Part shown: in pieces, positions 57,012 to 64,000 of the stretch | Layout: the number at the start of each line of letters is the position of its first letter | How positions within the stretch are numbered: position 1 is the first letter of the stretch | DNA from: an uncultured archaeon | GTDB lineage: Archaea > Thermoproteota > EX4484-205 > JAAOZP01 | Length of the DNA: 64,000 nucleotides | NCBI GenBank assembly: GCA_938045545.1 | Contig: CALIBN010000024.1 | Location: 1-64,000 of the forward strand | Direction of reading: 5' to 3' | Notes under the pieces: generated by a model | Database searches by the model: none | What the model saw: only the letters and a program-made list of their open reading frames with translations | Told to the model about the DNA's origin: nothing | Program-made: the position numbers and the translations under genes

Positions 57012-57473
57012 ATGTCTTCAACGGAGCAGGCCTTGGACGATCTAGATCTTAAGATACTTAGACAGCTTATGTCTGACTCCAGAATGTCCTACAGGAAAAT
57101 AGCTAAAGAGCTCGGGGTCGCTCCTGGGACAGTTCTAGCTCGAATCCGAAGAATGGAGGAAAACAAGGTTTTGAAAAAGTATACTTTAAGCGTTGACTAC
57201 GAGAAGCTCGGGTTCTCGGTTACCAGTGTGACTGAGATAAGGGTTTCAAAGGGTAAGCTTGTAGAGGTGGAGAAGAAGCTGGCTGAGCTTCCGGGTGTGT
57301 GCGCTGTCTACGATGTCACCGGGGATGTTGACGCTATAGTGATAAGCAAGTTTAGGAACCCTGCTGAGTTAAGCAGGTTTACGAAGAGGGTTCTATCCAT
57401 GCCGAACGTTGAGAGAACTAATACCCACTTCGTCTTAACTGTGGTTAAAGAGGATTTCAACATTTCCATTTAG
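57012..57473 (+). CDS. Lrp/AsnC family regulator
   Basis: LDDLDLKIL..SYRKIAKELG, YDVTGDVD. Confidence 0.92.
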   Translation: MSSTEQALDDLDLKILRQLMSDSRMSYRKIAKELGVAPGTVLARIRRMEENKVLKKYTLSVDYEKLGFSVTSVTEIRVSKGKLVEVEKKLAELPGVCAVYDVTGDVDAIVISKFRNPAELSRFTKRVLSMPNVERTNTHFVLTVVKEDFNISI

Positions 57474-57552
57474 GGATTTATTCGGGTAAAAGAGTGTTAA
57501 GCTTGCCCTTTTAAGAAGAGGTTAGACAAATGTCGTTAAAATTTTATCTCCA

Positions 57553-58299
57553 GTGAAAAACAGTTTTATAGCCTCTAAAAACAAGTCAGTTAGATTGCTT
57601 GAAACCCTGCTGATAGAGGGACTTTACGCCGGCGTATTCTTCATATGGGTGTTGTTCGTCGTCGGGGTTTTAACCTACGTGTGCTACAAGATACTGGTTA
57701 AGAAGGTTCCTGAAGGGGTGGCAGTCTACTACAACAGGAAGATAATCCATATTCTCGCAGGCGGTTTAATAGGCTACCTTGTACCCTTTACTTTCAGCAC
57801 ACCCTTCTACCCGTTGGTCCTCTCAATGGTCCTAGGGGTTTTCACCCTCATCCCTCATCTTCTTAAAAAGCCTATGTACTGGTTTCAGACAAGCGACAAT
57901 GCTTACGAGGTTCACTTCTGCCTGAGCTGGGGGCTGATACTGACCGCGGGCTGGCTCTTCACCGGTGGGTTCGCTGGTGGAAACTTCTGGTTTGGAGTAA
58001 TACCAATAATGTTCATGGCGCTCGGGGATGCTGTAACCGGGCTTGTAAGGAACGCGATGTTCAAGAGGCGCACAAAGTCGTGGTGGGGAAACCTGGCTAT
58101 GGCCATCGTTAATGTCATAACAGGGTTGAAGCTTGCGCTCCCGGGCGTCGTCGCCGGGCTGTTCAGCAGCGTAATCGAGCATTTCGAATTCGGCCCTATA
58201 GATGATAACATAACTGTCCCAATCTCCGCCTTTCTAATCCTGATGCTGTTCTACTTTTTTATGCCTGAAGCATTCTCGATTCTTAATGTTTTAGCCTGA
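57553..58299 (+). CDS. Dolichol/phytol kinase-like membrane protein
   Basis: RKIIH, GDAVTG, KSWWG, DDNITVP. Confidence 0.75.
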   Translation: MKNSFIASKNKSVRLLETLLIEGLYAGVFFIWVLFVVGVLTYVCYKILVKKVPEGVAVYYNRKIIHILAGGLIGYLVPFTFSTPFYPLVLSMVLGVFTLIPHLLKKPMYWFQTSDNAYEVHFCLSWGLILTAGWLFTGGFAGGNFWFGVIPIMFMALGDAVTGLVRNAMFKRRTKSWWGNLAMAIVNVITGLKLALPGVVAGLFSSVIEHFEFGPIDDNITVPISAFLILMLFYFFMPEAFSILNVLA

Positions 58300-58357
58300 G
58301 ACCTGGTTACTCTTAACGGATAAAACCTTTATTAGTCTCGAGAAATCTGCGGGCAGT

Positions 58358-59197
58358 ATGGAGTCTCACGAGGAGGCTTATGAGAAAGCCCGTGGGAAAA
58401 TTGATTACGTTGAAATCGGCAGAGAGGTCGGCAAGGGGGTTGTCCTAAACAGGTTTAAAATAATCGGGTACGACGAGGATATTCCAGGCTTGGCTGTGCA
58501 TCATCCTGCAGGCCCCTCTGGCAAACTATTGCTGTTTCTACACGGCTTAGGGGGAAGTAAGGAGGATGCTCTATACTTCAGAGCATTCGTGGAAAACATG
58601 GGTTTCTCAATAATGGCGGTTGACGCTAGGGGACACGGGGAGAGGAAGCTGAGCCTTGAAAACATCAAGCCGGAGCTGATAATCGAATACTTAGGTAAAA
58701 CAATAGTTGACAACAGGCTTGCGATAGATATTGCTTTCAGAAACCGTTGGGTTGAAGAGGGGAAGCTCATTCTCGCGGGGGCAAGCATGGGGGGAATACT
58801 GGGAGGCGTATTGGCGGGGGTGGACAAGAGGATTAGCGGTGCTGTGCTCTATGTTCCAGGCGGGGATCTTGTTGAAATAATGTCTGAGAGCAACGTGCCG
58901 ATGCTGGTTGAACTAAGGAGCAAAGTGCCTCGCGAACTTCTCTCTCTCGTTAAACCGGTGCTTGAACCAGTAGACCCGATAAACTATATCGACAAGGTGT
59001 CTCCACGGCCTCTTCTGATTCAGCTGGGCAAGCATGATGACATTGTTCCCTTTAAAAACGGCATGAAGCTTTTCGAGAAGGCTAAGGAGCCGAAGCAGCT
59101 TGTCGTGCATGACTCGGGGCACGCATTGCCGGTGGATAAGGCTGTTGACGAGACAGTCAACTGGCTAAGGAAAAATTTCCCACAGCTAATGGTTTAA
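58358..59197 (+). CDS. Alpha/beta hydrolase
   Basis: LHGLGG, GASMGG nucleophile elbow, DDIVP, GH. Confidence 0.88.
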   Translation: MESHEEAYEKARGKIDYVEIGREVGKGVVLNRFKIIGYDEDIPGLAVHHPAGPSGKLLLFLHGLGGSKEDALYFRAFVENMGFSIMAVDARGHGERKLSLENIKPELIIEYLGKTIVDNRLAIDIAFRNRWVEEGKLILAGASMGGILGGVLAGVDKRISGAVLYVPGGDLVEIMSESNVPMLVELRSKVPRELLSLVKPVLEPVDPINYIDKVSPRPLLIQLGKHDDIVPFKNGMKLFEKAKEPKQLVVHDSGHALPVDKAVDETVNWLRKNFPQLMV

Positions 59198-59413
59198 AGA
59201 ACGCAATACCAGCGTGCTTGACATTCTCGTATAAGTGAAGCGTATCTTAGAGATAGATCCTCAGTATCCTTATTCATTTTCATAGACAAATATTCCAAGA
59301 TTTTCTTTGCGTTACCAGGCATGCTGTGCCGACCCTCATCTCTGTGACGCATGTTGGGAGATGAGGATTCGCGTTTATGCCTTCAACCCCGTAGCGCGCG
59401 CCAGCACTCCCGT

Positions 59414-60349
59414 TTAGAGTAAATCTTCTTTCCTCATACGGGCCATCTCTACTAGCGAGATGATTACTGAAACCATGATTAGTATTGCGCCGGCCGATTC
59501 GGTTGTCCCAAGCCTCTCCCCTAAGATCAGGAAGGAGAATAATGCTGCTGAAACTGGTTCAAGAGCGTAGATTAGAACGGCCTGGGAGGCAGAAGTGTGT
59601 TTCTGTCCCAATACTTGTAATACTCCGACAAGTATTGAGCATACGGCTGCCAGGTAGAGAAGAGGCGGGATGACTTCGATTAAACTTTCAAAGCCTGATG
59701 AGGTGGGGAAAAACGCTGAACCGGCGATGGCTGTCACAGCATACTGGTAGAAGACTAAATCCAGTGAAAAGTATTTTTTGGAAAAACTGTCGACAGCTAA
59801 GACTTGAAGCGCCCAGAAGAAGGCGCCTGCTAAAACCATCAGGTCCCCGATCCTCGACTCATAGGTTCCACCTGATATCAAGTACATCCCAATTACTGAC
59901 AGGATTAGTGCTAGCGTAAATTTATGATTATAGTTGAACCTTCTCCGTAACACGTCGACAGCGTAAACTATCGGTATGTAGAGGCTGGTGATGAAGCCTG
60001 AGTTGGATGCAGAAGTATATCCTGTTCCAAGCCCTTGGAGGAAAATCCCTCCGAAGTATAGCAGCCCTAAAACTGCTCCTGGCCCCGCTGCCTCGCGCAT
60101 CTTACTCCTGTTCTTGAAAAGGCTGTGGAAAAAGTACGGCAGTAGGAGAATAACTGACAGTGTGAACCTTAGGGCAACGTATTCCCCCGCGTTTATTCTG
60201 GAGACGACTATTTTAATCAGGGGGAAAGATGTCCCCCAGAGGATTGAGACAGTAACCAGTAGCAAGGGCCCCAGGATCTTTGCGTAAGATTTCAACATAT
60301 GCGGGGAGTTAAACATGGTGCTTAATAACTTGTGCCCTTTGGAGTACAC
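59414..60349 (-). CDS. DMT/EamA family transporter
   Basis: LWGTSF, LRF, LEPV..LGE; about 10 TM helices. Confidence 0.88.
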   Translation of the reverse strand: MYSKGHKLLSTMFNSPHMLKSYAKILGPLLLVTVSILWGTSFPLIKIVVSRINAGEYVALRFTLSVILLLPYFFHSLFKNRSKMREAAGPGAVLGLLYFGGIFLQGLGTGYTSASNSGFITSLYIPIVYAVDVLRRRFNYNHKFTLALILSVIGMYLISGGTYESRIGDLMVLAGAFFWALQVLAVDSFSKKYFSLDLVFYQYAVTAIAGSAFFPTSSGFESLIEVIPPLLYLAAVCSILVGVLQVLGQKHTSASQAVLIYALEPVSAALFSFLILGERLGTTESAGAILIMVSVIISLVEMARMRKEDLL

Positions 60350-60369
60350 TGGTTAAGTGAGGCGGGTTT

Positions 60370-61314
60370 TCACTGGGAAAGCATTTCCATCGAGACACGG
60401 ATTGGCGGCCACTGGGCAAGGCTCCCAGGCTTAACGGCACCCCAGGTGGTGCAAAGGTAGCCGAGCATACGCTCATTACTCATGAATCTCCGCGAGAACC
60501 CTATGAACGCCTTAGTTGCTTCAACATCCTTCCAGCCGCTCGGCAGGACGCGGAAGCCTTTCTCAAGGAAAAACGGGATTGAAGGATAGTCTTCGCGCAG
60601 AGTATAGTGCCAGTCGCATATCACTATGTCCCTGGGAATCATGTCGACCGCTGGGTGAGTCTGGTTCTCGGAGGACTCCCACATTCCGTAGCCGGTGGTT
60701 TTACTGTCCAGCAGCCGGTCGCCCCACATCAGCATCTCAACCCCCCGCTTCTTCAAATGCTCATAGTAATCGTTAGCAGCCTTTGCGAAAAGCCTGCTTG
60801 GACTCTGGTTCCGGCAGCGCGGGCAATGCTCCGAGGCGATTAGAAAGACCTCATCCATCCCAACGTGCAGCGCGTCTGCTTCAAACACGTCTATAAGCTC
60901 GTCGAAAAGGCTGAAAACAATCCTGTTAACATCAGGATGCTGGGGGCACCAGCTCCGGCAATATATGCCCTCGTTATTCGGAAACTGGCCAGGAGTCTCG
61001 TCGAACTCAGGGTACTTGGTTAAAAGCGGGAAGGTCGTTTTACCCCACGACTGGTGCCCAAGGCACTGGAACTGTGGGATCAAACGGATGTCGTGGGAGC
61101 GGCACTCTTCGACCAGAGCACGCGCATGATCAAAAGTTATTGGATCCGGGCCTTGTAGCTCGGGGTGTGAGGAATAAGCGTAGCCATAGTCCACTTCAAC
61201 TATGAGAACGTTTACACCGATATTTGTTAGCTCAGGCACCTCTTTAACTAAAGCATCAATATCATCATTGCTGTTGGATATTAGGTGAATACCGCGCCAC
61301 AGCCTACGCTCCAT
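60370..61314 (-). CDS. GH20-like glycoside hydrolase
   Basis: IPQFQCLGH, LHVGMDEV catalytic D-E pair, MWGD, DWHY. Confidence 0.8.
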   Translation of the reverse strand: MERRLWRGIHLISNSNDDIDALVKEVPELTNIGVNVLIVEVDYGYAYSSHPELQGPDPITFDHARALVEECRSHDIRLIPQFQCLGHQSWGKTTFPLLTKYPEFDETPGQFPNNEGIYCRSWCPQHPDVNRIVFSLFDELIDVFEADALHVGMDEVFLIASEHCPRCRNQSPSRLFAKAANDYYEHLKKRGVEMLMWGDRLLDSKTTGYGMWESSENQTHPAVDMIPRDIVICDWHYTLREDYPSIPFFLEKGFRVLPSGWKDVEATKAFIGFSRRFMSNERMLGYLCTTWGAVKPGSLAQWPPIRVSMEMLSQ

Positions 61315-61556
61315 GTTTTTTCTATAGAGATCTGGGTTAAAAATATTTCTATGTTGCCTACCTCCCACTCAGCATTACGATGTTTGTTGCTCCTCCAATC
61401 TCATACTTAACAAAGCCCGTAGTCAGTTTATATTCCTCTTAATTTCAAAATGTTTAAGCCTCGTTCTTCTGGGAACAGAATCTGCCGTTGGGCATGCAAT
61501 GGTCCCTATGGGCTTGAACCGTTAAAAGATAAATAAGGCTTAAGATATGCTGGAGC

Positions 61557-62528
61557 ATGCCTAGCCCTAGGGTTATCGGCATCGGGGAGGTCCTGATAGA
61601 TTTCGTAGGGGTTGAACACACTTCCCTCGACAAGGCCACAACCTTTAAAAAATGCTTTGGAGGCGCTCCCATGAACACTGTAGTGGGGGTTGCGAGGCTT
61701 GGGGTTGCTGCGGGAGCAATAGCCGCGGTTGGCGACGACTTCTTCGGAAGATTTATCCTTGGCGAGTTTAAAAGGAATAATGTTGACGCGTCGCGCGTCA
61801 AGGTTAAGAAGGGAGTTAGGACTACGCTCGCATTCATAGTGAACGATCCCGTTAAAGGATGGGTTTGCATCTTCTACCGGAGCCCATGGTTGAAGCATAC
61901 TTCAGACACCCTGCTTTCCCCCATGGATATTGATTACGACTACATATCTAAGGCAAGGATTCTACACGTATCGGGGTTCGCGCTTTCGCAAAACCCTGCT
62001 AGGCAGGCAGTAATCAAGGCGGTGAAGCATGCTAAGGATTCCGGCGTCGAAGTTTCTTTCGACCCCACTCTGAGGCTCGACGTTTGGCGTTCGGTGACTA
62101 TCCTCAGGAAAACATATGTTCAGATGCTTAGGTCCGCGGACATCGCGACTTTCTCGAGGGAGGAGGCCAGGTTCATCTTCGGAACCAGTAATCCGAAAAA
62201 GGTTGCTGAAAAAGCGTTGAAGTATGGGATTAGAATAGTGGGTGTTAAACTCGGCGCTCACGGCTCCTTCCTGAAGGCTAGAGGCGGGCCCGAGAAATAC
62301 GTGCCTGCTTTCAAGGTTAAGGCTGTGGACGCCACTGGAGCCGGCGACGGCTGGAACGCGGGCCTGCTAGTGGGCCTGTGCAAGGGTTTAGACGTTGAGC
62401 AGTGCGCTAAGGTTGCGAACGCTGTTGGAGCCCTGGTTGTCACGAAACCCGGTGCAATAACAGCCCTTCCTTCGAGAGACGAGTTAAACAGGTTCCTGAA
62501 GGCGAACAATGTTAAGATAAGTATTTAG
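61557..62528 (+). CDS. PfkB-family carbohydrate kinase
   Basis: GGAPMN, VGDDFFG, DATGAGDGW. Confidence 0.92.
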   Translation: MPSPRVIGIGEVLIDFVGVEHTSLDKATTFKKCFGGAPMNTVVGVARLGVAAGAIAAVGDDFFGRFILGEFKRNNVDASRVKVKKGVRTTLAFIVNDPVKGWVCIFYRSPWLKHTSDTLLSPMDIDYDYISKARILHVSGFALSQNPARQAVIKAVKHAKDSGVEVSFDPTLRLDVWRSVTILRKTYVQMLRSADIATFSREEARFIFGTSNPKKVAEKALKYGIRIVGVKLGAHGSFLKARGGPEKYVPAFKVKAVDATGAGDGWNAGLLVGLCKGLDVEQCAKVANAVGALVVTKPGAITALPSRDELNRFLKANNVKISI

Positions 62529-62549
62529 TTTTAAAAGGATACGACTGTT

Positions 62550-63923
62550 CTACTTGTAATGCCGCCGCATCTCCTCGTGATAGGGGATTGAAAGAATATC
62601 TTCTAAAAGTCCCCTAGCCTGCTCCTCGCTCCTAGTCCAAGGATCCATCTCAATTAGCTCCAGCAGCCTCTCCCTGCTTCCACTCTCGTATGCTTCAAGC
62701 TCCACCTCTACGGGCGCCACCCTGTCTCTCAGAATGTAAGCAGTCAAGGGTTTCGGCAGCCCTCTGGCCCTGATCCCGTGAACCCCCGTCCCGCTCACTT
62801 CAGCTTTCACCTCAACCTCGAAGTCGCTGGGAACACCCGGCACAAGCCCCTCTGAATTAACAATGTTAACCTGGAACACTCTGGGAATATTGCAGGCTAT
62901 GGACTCTATAATGGGTATGATTATCTCACCCGATTTCTCGGCGGGGAAAACGCTCGTAACCTTTTTAGAAGCGTCTAAGGATACTTTTAATATTTTCTCC
63001 ACGGTTTCCCTGTTGTATGTGAAGAAGCCCTCCCACCAAGACTCGGGATCCTCCCTCCATCTTCTCTCCGTCTCCCTATCCGTATGGTACCACCATGGCC
63101 ATGAGCCCCCGCCTGGAGTACAAGTGTCCCCAACCGGGAAAACTCCAAACCTCCTGTAGAGGTCGAAAGCCTTGGGGCCGAGGTCGCTGCTGAAACCTAC
63201 TCTTTCCCAATGTTTCCCAGCTTCCTTGGCGATCCACTCGTCCAGCAGCGGGAGGACGTCCCTATCCTCGTAAGTAAGGCTTACCAGCCATATGAAATGG
63301 TTTACTCCGGGCGCGTCGAAACCTATACTGTTCGCATCGAGCCCAAGTAGGCCGGCAACCCGGTATACTCCGCTAAAGCCGTGGCATAGGCCAATGGTTT
63401 TAACTCTACTATGCCTCCTGCCCAGGTATGTAACTCCGGCTAGAACAGGGTTCGCCAGCTGAATATGCCAGGCTTCAGGACACTCCTCAAGAATATCCTC
63501 CATCAAGGAGTCGAAGAACCTGAGCTGGTAGAAGTTTATCCAGAATGCTTCATCATGCATTATGTGGAGGCTTCCGCCAAACCTGTACCCCCGTCTCCGG
63601 GCTATCGACCAGCCTTCCCTAAGCCTAGCGTAACCGGCTGTGAGCACAGTGTTTACGACGAAATCGGCTTCCCTCAGGGATTCCCGCCGGTTGAGAGTCT
63701 TCTCAATCCTCAGCCTGCTTCCGGTTTCCTCAGCATACTTTCTGCAAATCGCGTACACGGCGTCAAGCCTCTCCCTGTTTACATCCATCAGGCTGACAGT
63801 GCTTCCAGACAGGCTGGGTGTTAAACACAGGTCTTTAATCAGGCTTATAGAGAAGACTGCGCTACCCGCCCCTATTAAGCTGATTTTAACGTTAACCATC
63901 TCCTGTCTCACTCTCCAAGACAT
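62550..63923 (-). CDS. Glycoside hydrolase family 4 (NAD-dependent alpha-glucosidase/galactosidase)
   Basis: [21 protein letters not shown]. Confidence 0.9.
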   Translation of the reverse strand: MSWRVRQEMVNVKISLIGAGSAVFSISLIKDLCLTPSLSGSTVSLMDVNRERLDAVYAICRKYAEETGSRLRIEKTLNRRESLREADFVVNTVLTAGYARLREGWSIARRRGYRFGGSLHIMHDEAFWINFYQLRFFDSLMEDILEECPEAWHIQLANPVLAGVTYLGRRHSRVKTIGLCHGFSGVYRVAGLLGLDANSIGFDAPGVNHFIWLVSLTYEDRDVLPLLDEWIAKEAGKHWERVGFSSDLGPKAFDLYRRFGVFPVGDTCTPGGGSWPWWYHTDRETERRWREDPESWWEGFFTYNRETVEKILKVSLDASKKVTSVFPAEKSGEIIIPIIESIACNIPRVFQVNIVNSEGLVPGVPSDFEVEVKAEVSGTGVHGIRARGLPKPLTAYILRDRVAPVEVELEAYESGSRERLLELIEMDPWTRSEEQARGLLEDILSIPYHEEMRRHYK

Positions 63924-64000
63924 GTTACGACTAGTCTTCTACTCCTTGGCCTAACGTCGAGCTCTATGAATACCACTTGCTGCCACGTGCCGAGTCTGAG

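Noticed and set aside
1-64000. tnpA (Y1 or serine recombinase), integrase, tRNA, rRNA, CRISPR array, and the many short antisense ORFs
   Set aside because: No HUH/Y1, recombinase or RNA-gene signature recognised by eye (tRNAscan-SE and Infernal not run); short ORFs overlap well-supported genes on the opposite strand or in another frame

Overview
Archaeal chromosomal DNA, probably from a TACK-superphylum lineage (crenactin plus arcadin-2, nurA-herA-mre11-rad50, TATA-type promoters, GGTG ribosome-binding sites). Most of 27-64 kb is housekeeping and metabolic: GH97/GH20-like/GH4 glycosidases, speD/speE, cysK, XPD helicase, rsmA, sufS/sufU, FprA, transporters. The first 27 kb holds four pieces of one apparently undescribed cargo-carrying IS200/IS605-type unit. 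The intact copy (about 20446-25020) reads: right end, tnpB (-), bidirectional promoter with a 4x11-bp repeat array, membrane-anchored winged-helix gene (+), inverted 5x11-bp array, 731-aa HerA/VirB4-like ATPase (+). A decayed inverted copy lies at 12718-15851 and an internally deleted copy at 26114-26652. A copy of the promoter/array block (1-147) sits in front of an atypical nurA-herA-mre11-rad50 operon. Element right ends repeatedly supply the TGA stop of the convergent host gene. A probable MITE at 36468-36639 suggests how: a TTAC target (antisense G-TAA) is swapped for a TCAA end (antisense T-TGA). No tnpA, CRISPR array, tRNA or rRNA was recognised. All product calls come from motif recognition by eye; no searches were run.
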